Shown: in pieces, positions 54,299 through 64,000 of the stretch
Layout of the letters: every line of letters begins with the position of its first letter
Numbering within the stretch: the stretch's first letter is position 1
NCBI GenBank assembly: GCA_964589975.1
Contig: CAZPVH010000005.1
Coordinates: 3,612 to 67,611, forward strand
Direction: 5' to 3'
Source of the DNA: an uncultured Candidatus Saccharibacteria bacterium
GTDB taxonomy: Bacteria; Patescibacteriota; Minisyncoccia; Phycocordibacterales; CSBR16-119
DNA: 64,000 nucleotides
Made by a program: the position numbers and the translations under genes
Notes under the pieces: model-generated
Database searches by the model: none
Told to the model about the DNA's origin: nothing
The model's input: the letters and a program-made list of their open reading frames with translations, nothing else

Positions 54299-56350
54299 AT
54301 GCAAAAAAGGGATGTGCCGATGTTTCTCACCCTCTCACTCGCAGCCGCGATCGGTGTCTTGAGTTTCAAAGGATACACCCCATATCACAGCTTTGCCGAG
54401 TCCGCGCCGGTAGCTCAGGTCGCTCGAGCCGCCTCCACCCAGACTTACTATAAAGTCGAGCTTCCGGAAAAAAGGAAAGCCGTGCTCTCCGCGTATGTTG
54501 AGACGCAAAAAGGCGTGAAAAAAGCAACGACCGTTTCTGGTCGGATCGAAGCATACTACTTTGAACCAAGGGATCTCAGAGGACTAGTGGAAGGAGACAC
54601 CACTCTTCGATTTGCCCTCGTCTCGGGGAAAGATGTTTATGAACTAAGGAATCTGCAGGATCGTCTGAGCCCTGCAATCGACGGGACGGATGTGACGCTG
54701 ACAGGTTTCGTTGCTTCTTCGCGTGGTGGAAAAAAAGAAATGCTTGTTGATATCACTTCCGCAGAATCACACAGCTTGGCTCGAGCGAGGAAGATAGAAG
54801 AGTCGAGCAGTCGCGACGAAGGGAATAGAGATCTAAATTGCGTTTCAAATCTATGTGTGTTGGTCATACCTGTAGACATGTCTGGTAATACCGCGGGATT
54901 GCCTACGCCGGCAGAAATTGAGGAGTACATTTTCAATGGCCGGATCAGAGACGCGCTGCTCGAAGAATCATACGGTCAGCTTTCCATCGATGGTTTCGTC
55001 GCGCCTTGGCTTAGCTCTCCGGCGGAAACCCTGAGTCCTTTTTATGCGACAGCGACGATCGAACAATATCTCTTGGCGCAAAATATAAATATTGGAGATT
55101 ACGAGCAGCTGGTCTTTCTCATAAATGGCGGAAGTCAGTCAAATAGCGGGGAATCATCCATAGGATCCGCGCTCTACTCCGCAAATGGCCAATCATATAA
55201 CTTGCCGGTCGCTCTCGTTGGATTTTCTTCTTATACAAATAATGGCAATCTCACAACTTCGAACGGACACCTTTCTTACTTCGACTATTTGTATACCCAT
55301 GAAACAGGACACAGCTTGAACGCGCTTCATGATAATTTCCTGAACTGCCAGAACGGTCCGATGTCTCTGCCGTCACAATGCATCAGTATTGAATACGGAA
55401 ATAAATATAGCATTATGGGTGACGGCTCTTATGGCGGACATTTTTCATTCCTCCAGAAACTTCGCGCCGGATGGATAAATATGCCTCCATTGTCTTCAGC
55501 CGGCACATATTCGCTGGAGCCGCTTGAGATAAGCGGCGCGACAACGCTCGGTATTGATGGCAACCAAAACTATATTCCAGAATTCGCCATGGAGCGTCGC
55601 ACAGACACCGGACTCGACAGCCAAGCGCTTTTCACAGGACTAAATATGTCCGGAGAATTCCTTTATCGGCTCCTTGATCCTGTTTCGCCCGACACTATGA
55701 GCGACCCGATGACATGGCGAATGGAGCTTATTGATACGACCCCGGCATCCTCTTCGGCGACTTGGTTTAACAGCGTGAACGATGTTGTATTCAAGCAGCC
55801 GCAGCGTTACCCTGATCGCCAGAGTGTGGTTCAATTCGCTCAGAGCCTTAATGGCAATAATAATACGATAGTCGTGAGTCCGGGATTCCCGGTTGCAAAC
55901 CCTTGCACCAGGAATCCTATCAGGGCGTTTGAGCCATACGTAAATCAAGGCGACCGCTTCACGGGACAGCTCGCGTCGCATAGGTGGCCGCTCAAGACCG
56001 GACAGCAGAGCATTGCTTCCAATCTGATCCAGGATATCCAAGCGGACACGAGCGATCCATCGGCTCAGGTTCTTCTCTATAAAAACTTCATGCTCTTTAA
56101 CGACGATTTCTTGGCTTGCGGCGACGTCGCATATTCCTTCGAGCTTTTGTATAACGGGACGCCGCTTTCGCTCGTGTCCGATGCCGGGATGACATATCGT
56201 CCGTGGTCCGGACCGCACTATCAAACAATCATGGCATTCATGCCGGTTTATGGACTCCAGTATGGACACCATACAATAACTCTCAAAGTTACGAAACAAA
56301 ACGACGGCAGCATTTTCTCCCGAAGTTTAATTTTTAATCTCGTTCCATAA
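54299..56350 (+). CDS. Secreted metzincin-like zinc metalloprotease, paralog 1
   Basis: Signal/TM N-terminus. HETGHSLNALHD fits HExxHxxGxxHD (an N replaces the G), which is reprolysin/metzincin-like. About 30% identical by eye to 57882..59981 over the full length. Confidence 0.55.
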   Translation: MQKRDVPMFLTLSLAAAIGVLSFKGYTPYHSFAESAPVAQVARAASTQTYYKVELPEKRKAVLSAYVETQKGVKKATTVSGRIEAYYFEPRDLRGLVEGDTTLRFALVSGKDVYELRNLQDRLSPAIDGTDVTLTGFVASSRGGKKEMLVDITSAESHSLARARKIEESSSRDEGNRDLNCVSNLCVLVIPVDMSGNTAGLPTPAEIEEYIFNGRIRDALLEESYGQLSIDGFVAPWLSSPAETLSPFYATATIEQYLLAQNINIGDYEQLVFLINGGSQSNSGESSIGSALYSANGQSYNLPVALVGFSSYTNNGNLTTSNGHLSYFDYLYTHETGHSLNALHDNFLNCQNGPMSLPSQCISIEYGNKYSIMGDGSYGGHFSFLQKLRAGWINMPPLSSAGTYSLEPLEISGATTLGIDGNQNYIPEFAMERRTDTGLDSQALFTGLNMSGEFLYRLLDPVSPDTMSDPMTWRMELIDTTPASSSATWFNSVNDVVFKQPQRYPDRQSVVQFAQSLNGNNNTIVVSPGFPVANPCTRNPIRAFEPYVNQGDRFTGQLASHRWPLKTGQQSIASNLIQDIQADTSDPSAQVLLYKNFMLFNDDFLACGDVAYSFELLYNGTPLSLVSDAGMTYRPWSGPHYQTIMAFMPVYGLQYGHHTITLKVTKQNDGSIFSRSLIFNLVP

Positions 56351-56351
56351 T

Positions 56352-56855
56352 ATGCACAAGAAAGCCATAATCGTAGACAAGGAAGACAAGATTATCGGCT
56401 ATAAGGATTGGAAGAAGATAGATTGGAGCAAAGATCGAATAAGAGCATCGCGTCTTTGGCTCGAAGATTTGGATGGCAATGTCCTGCTGCAAAAAAGAGG
56501 AACCGAAAAAGATTTTAATCCTGGCATGTATGTCTTTGCCGTCGGAGGCGTGAACGACAAAGGCGAGACCTATGAAGCGGCGCTCAGGCGGGCGGCGAAA
56601 AAAGAATTGGGGCTTCATTTGTTCGGACTCCGCAATCTTGGCACTGTCACTTTAGCCGAACCTGTGCGCCGCGGCTTCATCACATATTTCAAATCAGTTG
56701 TGCCTGGAAAGATGCCGCCTATAAAATCCGATCCAGAAGAAGTTTTTGAAGTAGTTTGGGTTTCGAAAAAAGAATTAAAACAGCTCATGGCGAACGGTCC
56801 CAAATTATTTGTCGAGGATCTCCTGAAGGCGGTACTGAAGTTTAAGTTACTGTAA
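56352..56855 (+). CDS. NUDIX hydrolase
   Basis: Nudix box GGVNDKGETYEAALRRAAKKELGL (Gx5Ex7REUxEExGU). Confidence 0.7.
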   Translation: MHKKAIIVDKEDKIIGYKDWKKIDWSKDRIRASRLWLEDLDGNVLLQKRGTEKDFNPGMYVFAVGGVNDKGETYEAALRRAAKKELGLHLFGLRNLGTVTLAEPVRRGFITYFKSVVPGKMPPIKSDPEEVFEVVWVSKKELKQLMANGPKLFVEDLLKAVLKFKLL

Positions 56856-56872
56856 AAGAAAAAGGGCACGCT

Positions 56873-57799
56873 CTAGAGCGTGCCCTTTTGTGAAGTGCGA
56901 AGTCGAGATGTTGTAGTTGGACCACGGTTCATGTCTCTGACCGCGTCGCGCAGGAAGTAGTTCCTTGTAAACGCTGGAATCCACTTTCTTTCTACGACCT
57001 CATACTCGTATTCATCAACGAGTGTCTTCACTATTCCAGATAGATGTGCGGCTCCCCACAGAGCGACAACATTCTTGCTGGAATTTCTGACGATTTCAGT
57101 CACCGCGACTTCGTTACGTCCCCCAAGAATGATCTCATCTCTTAGTACGTCGCGGCTCTCTTTTTTCAACAGATGCATGAAGGCCGAATCGATCCACAGT
57201 ATCGAGAGTCCGAAGATGTATCGATACATGGGTTCGTTCGATTCTTCAAATTCGTGAGACTCTTTTTCGATCGTTGTGTTTTGTGCCAACTTCCTGACAA
57301 GTTCGACCATGGTTATGTCGGTGTTTTGCCAAGTGGGTCCAATAACCATTGCCTCCTTTTGGCTAGCAAGGCGTAACATTTGCCTCACCTTGTTGACCGT
57401 TTCCATTTGAGCCCTTAAGGACTTCAAAACCTTCTGCTCCTTTTTTGTCAGAGTAGAAAGTTCTTCCTCGCTGCTTTTTTTGATCATTTCATAGAGAACT
57501 GAATATCCTGAGCGCTCCAAGACATCAACACAGCGCTGGACTTCGTCGTAGTATTCAGGTTTTCCTATGTGCATCATGCCGAAGAGTACAACGTTGTTGT
57601 TTGTCCACGAATGATGCAGTGTCACTACTGGCATGTAAAGCGTATTGCCTTTGCGTAAAAGCTTGCTTGGACTGAACAGTCGAACAAAAGAGAAATGAAT
57701 GAGCTGAAACATTCTAAAGACAAACATTGTCAGTATGTAGGCAATCCTGATGGGTAGAGCGAGTATGCGCAAGAGAAGCGGAGCCTTGGGTTGTTCCAT
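56873..57799 (-). CDS. TraB/GumN-family protein
   Basis: LFGMMHIGKPEYY and ...ALWGAAHLSGI match the two conserved GxxH-type motifs of the TraB/GumN (PrgY-like) family. N-terminal TM segment. Confidence 0.55.
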   Translation of the reverse strand: MEQPKAPLLLRILALPIRIAYILTMFVFRMFQLIHFSFVRLFSPSKLLRKGNTLYMPVVTLHHSWTNNNVVLFGMMHIGKPEYYDEVQRCVDVLERSGYSVLYEMIKKSSEEELSTLTKKEQKVLKSLRAQMETVNKVRQMLRLASQKEAMVIGPTWQNTDITMVELVRKLAQNTTIEKESHEFEESNEPMYRYIFGLSILWIDSAFMHLLKKESRDVLRDEIILGGRNEVAVTEIVRNSSKNVVALWGAAHLSGIVKTLVDEYEYEVVERKWIPAFTRNYFLRDAVRDMNRGPTTTSRLRTSQKGTL

Positions 57800-57881
57800 T
57801 GTTGATGTGCTTTGGTTTTTGTCGATTCTACTTCCTGAGAAGTATCTGTCAATTAGGTAATTTTTGAGCTAAAATATATTT

Positions 57882-59981
57882 ATGAAAAAACATCTCTACG
57901 CCGGGGCGCTTATCGTAGTCATCGGAGTCTCGGCCTTTGTGGCTCAGAAGCAGTTTATGGAACTTGCCGATTATCGAGCCGATGAGATATATGGTGATAC
58001 TGTTGCACAGGTTGCGAAGTCTTTACCTACTAGAATTCCGACACAGCAAATCGTGACCTCTAAAGAAGACAAGGAATTTTTGAAAAACCTTGTCGCGCAA
58101 GAATACAAGGGCGAAAATTATATAGAAACCACACTCTCGGGGACTATCGTTGTACAGTTTTATGAAGACTATCAGAAAGACGGCACACTTATTATTGAAG
58201 AGGGAAAGAATACTTATAAGGTCTTTTTGAACAGGTCGGGAGGAATGTACGAGCTCGAGAACATTGCGTACCCTCTTACTGAAGAATTGAATGGCGCTAA
58301 GATTACACTTTCTGGGATGGTCTCAGTCCGAGAAGAAAACGGTTACAAAAAGTTCATAGTCAATCTAAACAAGGAAGAAGTCGAGTCGATAATTTCTAGG
58401 GTCTCAGTCACTAAGACAGATTGGGCTAGCGGGGGTAATCGCACTGGGGTGTGTGATGGCAACTATTGCGCATTGGTAATTTTGGTTGACACAATTGGCT
58501 ATGGCACTCTACCTACATCACAAGAGATGTATGAATATATATTTAGCAATCCTGGAAATATCAAGAATAACCTCTTCGAGCAGTCTTATGGCCAGATGAA
58601 CTATGGTGGAACTGTTATTGATGATTGGATACAGATTGATCCAGCCACGACTTATGGAACTGTTCCGCCTGAGGTGGAGGCGTATCTTACGGATCATGCG
58701 ATAAATCTTGCAGACTATGATCAGTTGGTGTATTTGATAAGTTCGTTAAGCTACCAATCTTCTTCAAGCGTGGGGCCATATGAATTCACAATGGGTGGAA
58801 ACATTTACAATATGGCGCGAAGTATTATGAGATTGGGCTTTTATTTGACACCTCCAAGCACCTTAACGGCAAACGGTAATCTTACATGGTGGGAGAGGAT
58901 GTGGATACATGAGACGGGCCACGCACTTGGAGCACAACATGATAATTTCTTAGCTTGTTCTAATGGACCAGTGTCGTTACCTTCAGAATGTGTGGAACAA
59001 GAGTACGGCAATTTGTACAGCAGTATGGGCATAGGAACTCTCGGTAGTCACTTTTCTTTTTATAATAAATACAGGGTCGGCTGGATAGACGAGTCGGATA
59101 TAGCTTTTCAGCAGGAAGGTAGTTTTACACTAAACCCTACCGAATCACCGAATCCAAATTTTGTTAAGACGTTCCCGCTTGCTTTTGGAAATTACGGTAG
59201 TAGGTATGGTTTGGTTTTTGAATTTAGAAAACCAATTGGCTTTGATAGCGTGAAGAAGCGTAAGGACTTAAAGTTTAACGGAGTGTTTGTTTATAGAAAT
59301 AGTAGGTCAGGATACCCAAGATTAACAGATGTTAGCCCTGCCACAGACTCAGCAGATTCTGGTACATGGACCGACATATCTCAGAAGGATGCTGTTTTAA
59401 AGAATGCAGAATCTCTATTTGATGTTAATAGTAGTTCAACAATAACTGGCTCCTACTCCGGCAATACTTCAGATATGGTTGTAGTAAACCCTTTGAGTTT
59501 TACAGGAGGGATTAATATTGCACCCAACATCGAAACTTGCGTCCATAATCCGCTAAAAGTCTTTGACTACACTTATCAAGAAGTAAACCCAGCTATAAAT
59601 ATTGCAGAAGGGCAATTGCCTGGACAAGACTGGCCTCAGTCCAATTTCATGCCTGACCTTAGTGAGATTGCGGTATTTAGTGTTGATAATAGCGATCAAA
59701 ACTCGGAGATATCTCTTAATTTAAAGTATGACGTATACAATAATGACTATCCTTCCTGTGGTAATTCAAATATACAAGGAACAATCTACCTAGATAATCA
59801 GCCAATCGAGACTATCTCTTTCTTCCAAATTCCTTGGTCATGGGGTGTCCAAAATCATAGTATTACGATTCCCGCGTATAACTTATCCTATGGACAACAC
59901 ATAATCACGCTTGATCTAAATAAGCCAAATGATGGCTCAAGCGTTTCTTATGATGTTGTTTTTGAGGTTGAGCCTATATAA
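57882..59981 (+). CDS. Secreted metzincin-like zinc metalloprotease, paralog 2
   Basis: HETGHALGAQHD (HExxHxLGxxHD, close to the reprolysin HELGHNLGMEHD). Collinear similarity with 54299..56350, for example VDTIGYGTLPTSQEMYEYIF versus VDMSGNTAGLPTPAEIEEYIF. Confidence 0.55.
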   Translation: MKKHLYAGALIVVIGVSAFVAQKQFMELADYRADEIYGDTVAQVAKSLPTRIPTQQIVTSKEDKEFLKNLVAQEYKGENYIETTLSGTIVVQFYEDYQKDGTLIIEEGKNTYKVFLNRSGGMYELENIAYPLTEELNGAKITLSGMVSVREENGYKKFIVNLNKEEVESIISRVSVTKTDWASGGNRTGVCDGNYCALVILVDTIGYGTLPTSQEMYEYIFSNPGNIKNNLFEQSYGQMNYGGTVIDDWIQIDPATTYGTVPPEVEAYLTDHAINLADYDQLVYLISSLSYQSSSSVGPYEFTMGGNIYNMARSIMRLGFYLTPPSTLTANGNLTWWERMWIHETGHALGAQHDNFLACSNGPVSLPSECVEQEYGNLYSSMGIGTLGSHFSFYNKYRVGWIDESDIAFQQEGSFTLNPTESPNPNFVKTFPLAFGNYGSRYGLVFEFRKPIGFDSVKKRKDLKFNGVFVYRNSRSGYPRLTDVSPATDSADSGTWTDISQKDAVLKNAESLFDVNSSSTITGSYSGNTSDMVVVNPLSFTGGINIAPNIETCVHNPLKVFDYTYQEVNPAINIAEGQLPGQDWPQSNFMPDLSEIAVFSVDNSDQNSEISLNLKYDVYNNDYPSCGNSNIQGTIYLDNQPIETISFFQIPWSWGVQNHSITIPAYNLSYGQHIITLDLNKPNDGSSVSYDVVFEVEPI

Positions 59982-60132
59982 ATCTTTTGTGGTCCCGCAT
60001 TAATTTCCTGACAGAAATTTTGTTCGACCCAGGCTCGGCATTTTTGCCTTCTGCTTCGCAGAAACAAAAGCAACGCTCCGGCTGGGCCACAAGCACAAAA
60101 ACTTGGCGCAGGCCAAGTTTTTGTGTCTAGTG

Positions 60133-60205
60133 TGCCCTCGCTAGGGATCGAACCTAGGACCTTCTCCTTAAAAGGGAGCTGCTCTACCAGCTGAGCTACA
60201 AGGGC
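60133..60205 (-). tRNA. tRNA-Lys (anticodon TTT)
   Basis: Manual fold. Acceptor GCCCTTG/CGAGGGC, anticodon loop CTTTTAA, T-arm CTAGG-TTCGATC-CCTAG. The ORF-track entry 59948..60238(-) is the usual tRNA read-through artefact. Confidence 0.75.
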
Positions 60206-60275
60206 ATATGACTTCACTCGATTGGGTAAAAATAACATAGTTGCACGCCTGGGTCAATTCGATTAGTATCGCTAC

Positions 60276-60740
60276 ATGACCAAAACAATTCTCATTCTCG
60301 ACAATATCCGAAGTACCCATAATGTGGGTTCTATTTTCCGCACAGCTGATGCCGCAGGTGTTTCAAAAATATATCTGATTGGTACGACGCCGGATCCAAT
60401 CGATCGGTTTGGACGAGAACAATCTGATATCGCCAAAACTGCACTCGGTGCCGAAAAGACTGTTGCTTGGGAACACGCAGATACTACGCTTTCTATTCTC
60501 CAAAAATATCCAAATCATTTCAAAGTTGCGCTTGAGCAAGCTCCGAATTCAAAGGATTATAAAGATGTTACTGCGCAAGAGAATAACATTGTGGTTCTGG
60601 GCGCAGAGGTTACAGGATTGCCGAATGAAATCTTGGAGGCATGTGATGCGGTGGCAGAGATTCCCATGAATGGAGAGAAGGAGTCATTAAACGTCTCTGT
60701 GGCTACCGGAATATTCCTTTTCAGGTTCCTGCAGCGATAA
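60276..60740 (+). CDS. SpoU/TrmH-family RNA 2'-O-methyltransferase (TrmL-like)
   Basis: 154 aa. LDNIRSTHNVGSIFRTADAAGV (SPOUT motif 1) and C-terminal ...LNVSVATGI... Perfect bidirectional terminator hairpin at 60765-60800. Confidence 0.7.
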   Translation: MTKTILILDNIRSTHNVGSIFRTADAAGVSKIYLIGTTPDPIDRFGREQSDIAKTALGAEKTVAWEHADTTLSILQKYPNHFKVALEQAPNSKDYKDVTAQENNIVVLGAEVTGLPNEILEACDAVAEIPMNGEKESLNVSVATGIFLFRFLQR

Positions 60741-60826
60741 TCGCTTGTAAAATAAAGGTTATTCAGGAAATAAAAGAAACGGTTACTCATGAGTAACCGT
60801 TTCTTTTATTTAGGATCTGTAGGTTT

Positions 60827-61159
60827 TTAGAGTGGTGTTACCTGAATTTGTCCGCTTGTGCCGCCCCCTGATTGTCCGCTCTGTCCGGCGCCGCCATTCG
60901 GGTTTGTTGGTCTGGATGTGTTGTTGGCCGGAGAAGTATTGCTTGAGGAATTGTTATTGGGGTTCGTGGCGTTTGACGGAGCTGGCGAAACTTTCTGCGC
61001 ATCGCCGTTTAGAACAGGGGAGGGGGGATTTTCTTTTGCGCGCTCCGGACCCCCGCCCCAAACCCAGAGAAAAAAGAATGCGGCCATAATTCCAAAGAAC
61101 CATAGTACATCGTGCCACGGGTTTGAAGGTTTTCCTGCTTTCGGTTTTGCGTCAGCCAT
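60827..61159 (-). CDS. Small membrane protein with low-complexity N/S/P-rich tail
   Basis: One TM helix (VLWFFGIMAAFFFLWVW) followed by an N/S/T/P/G-rich region. Confidence 0.4.
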   Translation of the reverse strand: MADAKPKAGKPSNPWHDVLWFFGIMAAFFFLWVWGGGPERAKENPPSPVLNGDAQKVSPAPSNATNPNNNSSSNTSPANNTSRPTNPNGGAGQSGQSGGGTSGQIQVTPL

Positions 61160-61169
61160 AGATAAGTGA

Positions 61170-62111
61170 TTAGTTTTTATTGGTTAGTGATTGGTGGGCC
61201 GGGCAGAAGTGGGCTGAGCGGCCGCCGACCACAAGACGAATTATAACACCTTTGCACCCTTGCTTCGAACAGCGTTCGCCGGCCTTTTGATAGACATGAT
61301 GCTTGTTCTGGAACTTGCCCGGCAGACCGTAAATGTTTCTATAGTCGGACATTGAGTCCCCGCCGAAATCTATGCCGCGTTTCAAAAGCGGTTTCATTCT
61401 GGAATACATTTTCTTCATTTTTATTTCTGGAATATTTTGGACACGCTCTTCCGGATGGATGCCGGCTTCCCAAAGCATCTCATCGGAATAAATATTTCCG
61501 ATTCCGGAAATTAGAGTTTGGTCCATCAAGACATTTTTTATTCTTCCAGTATCTCTTTTTAAAATCTGTGACTTGAAAGTTTTGTAATCCATTTTGGGAT
61601 CAAGAGCGTCGATCCCCAGATCTTTCAGGTGTTTGGTGTTCGCAGATTCTTTGGTTTCAAAAAAAGTAACTTTCCCGAATTTTCTGGAGTCGCAAAAAGC
61701 GAGCGAGTAACCGTTTGATAGAGAAAATAAAACACGGACGAATCTGTTGTAAGGATCCTGCAAGTTCTTATTATCAGACCACCACGGCCAATCGTGAAAT
61801 TCTTCTCCGTCAGATTTTTTTCCAACGCGATATTTGCCGTACAAAAGGTGTCCGGTCATCTTCATGTGAATCAAAACTGTTTTTGAATCCTGTAGATGTA
61901 TCAAAATATTTTTTCCACGGCGTTCAGCGCGCAGAATTTTTTTGCCGATGATTTCAGATTTGAATTTGTTCCAGAAATTTAAATTCTTTACCTCATCCTT
62001 TTTCGCGTGAGATTTCTTTGGAAGGGAAGACCAAGCATCAACAATTTTTAACCCCTTCACGGTTTCGTTCAATCCATTTACAGTTGTTTGCACTTCGGGT
62101 AACTCTGGCAT
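61170..62111 (-). CDS. mutM: Formamidopyrimidine-DNA glycosylase (Fpg/MutM/Nei family)
   Basis: N-terminal MPELPEV (catalytic Pro2 and Glu3). C-terminal zinc finger C-x2-C-x16-C-x2-H-like (CSKQGC...HFCPAHQ). Confidence 0.8.
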   Translation of the reverse strand: MPELPEVQTTVNGLNETVKGLKIVDAWSSLPKKSHAKKDEVKNLNFWNKFKSEIIGKKILRAERRGKNILIHLQDSKTVLIHMKMTGHLLYGKYRVGKKSDGEEFHDWPWWSDNKNLQDPYNRFVRVLFSLSNGYSLAFCDSRKFGKVTFFETKESANTKHLKDLGIDALDPKMDYKTFKSQILKRDTGRIKNVLMDQTLISGIGNIYSDEMLWEAGIHPEERVQNIPEIKMKKMYSRMKPLLKRGIDFGGDSMSDYRNIYGLPGKFQNKHHVYQKAGERCSKQGCKGVIIRLVVGGRSAHFCPAHQSLTNKN

Positions 62112-62196
62112 GGTTTGATTCTAATGAAACTCAATATAAAAGCAAAGAGCCGTCCTGGGACGGCTCTTGGTACTTTTGCGAAGGGGCGACTTGTTC

Positions 62197-63246
62197 TTAG
62201 GCGACTCGAACATAGTCTCGGCTCATGATCATGGGCTCCGGAAGATTCTGCTTAATTCCTTGGAGATGGGTAATCCGGATAACAGCCTGCTTTCCCACAC
62301 ACTCATGCTTTAAAACAGAATGTATCGGGATATGCCATTCACGGAGGTCCTTTTCCCATATGCCTCTAAAGGTGCCAAGCAGACGCTTATTCACCAGGAG
62401 GTCAAAGTTCATTGCTATACGGATCTTAGGATCCCAGGGCTCGTCGTCTTGTTGATCTGGCCGTATGATAATGATCTTTTCATCCGCATGACCCTCGCAC
62501 TGCCACCTGAAACTCGAGTGTTTGAGCCATCTCGGATTCACATAGTATGAGTTGTGGATCTCTTGCGAGTCTATAACTCCATTCTCATGGCGCAACTCAA
62601 ACACGAGCATTAGCGGGTTCTTCAAAAGTGCAGCTTCGGGGTTTACCAACAGAACGGCATCGTTCAAGATCCTGGCATCGTGAAGTTCCGAAAGATGTGA
62701 ACCCCCTTTGATTCCGTTAATGAAAACATCGGGGTATTTAAGCAGGTCAGATGTTCTGCCAAAAGCCGTTTTCTTGATATGTATCAAGAATTTATTCGGA
62801 CGCTCGACCGTCGAAAGTATGCTGTCGATTCGCCAGCCTGTACGAAGAGCGGATCGAACTTGTTTGTTTAGTTCAATCGGTTCGACCAATCCTTCCTGAA
62901 CGAGCTTTCTTTGTCGCCGCAGGAATTGGCTCAGGAAGTATCCTCGTTTTCGATCGTATTTGTTCCACTCTCGCGCTACAAAAATAGCGAGAGCGATGAG
63001 TACAGCGACTTCCGTAAAGTGGAGCGTGATGGCCAGGGCGCTGTTGCTCCCGTCCGTGTCTTTCGGCAGGCGGTCGATGAGGCCCTCAATCGTGATGGCT
63101 GCCAACAGCCGGAGTCCTACGTAGACAATAAAAATTCGCACGAGTGCAATTTTTACGATCATGCGCGTAATCTCGGGAGCTTCTTTTGTCATGGTTCTGT
63201 TTTTGCAGATAATACCACGACTTCCATAAAAGAAAAGAGCCTCCAA
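62197..63246 (-). CDS. Hypothetical membrane-anchored protein (start may be the internal MTKEAPEI at 63192)
   Basis: Two N-terminal TM helices followed by a soluble domain of about 250 aa. No family recognised. Confidence 0.4.
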   Translation of the reverse strand: MEALFFYGSRGIICKNRTMTKEAPEITRMIVKIALVRIFIVYVGLRLLAAITIEGLIDRLPKDTDGSNSALAITLHFTEVAVLIALAIFVAREWNKYDRKRGYFLSQFLRRQRKLVQEGLVEPIELNKQVRSALRTGWRIDSILSTVERPNKFLIHIKKTAFGRTSDLLKYPDVFINGIKGGSHLSELHDARILNDAVLLVNPEAALLKNPLMLVFELRHENGVIDSQEIHNSYYVNPRWLKHSSFRWQCEGHADEKIIIIRPDQQDDEPWDPKIRIAMNFDLLVNKRLLGTFRGIWEKDLREWHIPIHSVLKHECVGKQAVIRITHLQGIKQNLPEPMIMSRDYVRVA

Positions 63247-63267
63247 AGAGGCTCTTCGCTAGGGGGA

Positions 63268-63843
63268 TTATCGTCCCAAAATTTTTAGAGCTTCTTTGAT
63301 TCGAGCGTTCGTGCCCACAACATCAGCCGGGATTTCCTTGGCCGCGTTCCTGGCGTCATTTAGAGAGTAGCCAAGGGACTGCAGTGCTTCCAGGACGTCC
63401 GACTCACCGCGAAGGCTGCCGGTTTCGTCTTTGTGTCCAAGGGCTGAAAGCTTGTCGCGGAGTTCCACCACAATCTTTTCGGCGGTCTTTCGGCCGATGC
63501 CGGAAACTTTGGTGAGGTAAGAAGTGTCGCCTGAACCAATGGCTTTCTTTATGGTTATCATTGGCGCGATTGATAGTATGGAAAGCGCGCTTCGCGGACC
63601 GATGCCGGAAACAGAGAGAAGCAGCTCAAAGAAATTTTTCTCATCGATTGTTTCAAATCCAAACAGGTCCATGGCGTTCTCTCGCACAGCCATGTATGTC
63701 CAGAGTTCGGTTGTTTCTCCGAGTGCGGGGGAGCGTGACAGAACATCGGTCGAAACGAAGACCTGGTAGCCAACGCCGCCCGTTTGAAGGATGAGGGACT
63801 TGTCGGTCTTTTGGATAATTTTGCCTGTAATCTGGGCGATCAT
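63268..63843 (-). CDS. ruvA: Holliday junction DNA helicase subunit RuvA
   Basis: MIAQITGKII...GGVGYQVFV OB-fold N-terminus, tandem HhH motifs (LLSVSGIGPRSALSIL and KVSGIGRKTAEKIV), 191 aa. Confidence 0.85.
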   Translation of the reverse strand: MIAQITGKIIQKTDKSLILQTGGVGYQVFVSTDVLSRSPALGETTELWTYMAVRENAMDLFGFETIDEKNFFELLLSVSGIGPRSALSILSIAPMITIKKAIGSGDTSYLTKVSGIGRKTAEKIVVELRDKLSALGHKDETGSLRGESDVLEALQSLGYSLNDARNAAKEIPADVVGTNARIKEALKILGR

Positions 63844-64000
63844 CCCTTGATTTTAGCATATGCCGACACCGTTTGCCTTTTACGGGAAAGCTGGTATTAT
63901 GAGCGAGTTCGTAATTGCGTGTCGCAATTTAATAACGTAAATATATTTATAAATGCCAATATCAGCATCTGCAAAAAAGTCGCTTCGCGTATCCCTTCGA

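Noticed and set aside
59948-60238. 96-aa ORF on the minus strand
   Set aside because: It is the translation of the tRNA-Lys gene and its flanks (the AQLVEQ artefact). It is not a protein gene.
1-64000. CRISPR arrays and rRNA genes
   Set aside because: No regularly spaced direct repeats with unique spacers, and no rRNA-like conserved stretches were seen.

Overview
This 64-kb window reads as a compact, moderate-GC bacterial chromosome segment with a small-genome character. The features pointing that way are a short YidC, a PolA without a proofreading domain, four TrmB-family regulator paralogs and few Shine-Dalgarno-like leaders, which suggests a Patescibacteria/CPR-like organism; this is inference, not a database hit.

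The window contains the replication-origin neighbourhood: rpmH-rnpA-yidD-yidC-jag-rny-hup on the minus strand diverging from dnaA-dnaN on the plus strand, with DnaA boxes on both sides of dnaA. Housekeeping genes present are xth, dgkA-like, cca, yraN, tyrS, ruvC, ruvB, ruvA, a PBP1A-class penicillin-binding protein (PBP), pilB, tsaE, polA, holA, dsbB/thioredoxin, mutM and a SpoU methylase. There are six tRNA genes.

Two accessory regions stand out.

(1) Positions 5.1-16.5 kb form an RNA-metabolism island. It holds a Ro60/Rsr (TROVE+vWA) gene, two tandem NYN-nuclease/cold-shock-domain fusion paralogs, a CCA-adding enzyme and two promoter-to-terminator non-coding transcription units of about 200 and 390 nt. 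It also holds an array of small hypothetical genes on the minus strand, each preceded by one of two repeated terminator/promoter modules (called E1 and E2 below) that alternate along the array. A G-depleted, CA-rich 5' leader is shared between the small genes and rsr.

(2) Positions 20.5-26.6 kb form a mobile-looking element abutting tRNA-Gly(TCC). A 201-bp perfect inverted repeat flanks a Type II restriction-modification (R-M) cassette (controller protein, putative PD-(D/E)XK endonuclease, Dam-like methyltransferase and a beta-class methyltransferase). An adjacent 114-bp perfect inverted repeat flanks a large serine recombinase. The three repeat junctions share a TTGGTG/CACCAA core identical to the tRNA 3' CACCA end.

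Other notable items are tandem zinc-ribbon small-protein paralogs, a 15-nt motif present three times, an iteron-like DnaA-box region 14 kb from dnaA, tRNA-fragment inverted repeats between tRNA-Gly(GCC) and tRNA-Arg, and two paralogous secreted metzincin-like proteases flanking a TraB/GumN and a Nudix gene. Several patches have markedly higher GC than the rest (185-1,860, 8,834-10,441 and 45,766-47,064), consistent with horizontal acquisition. No CRISPR array or rRNA gene was seen.
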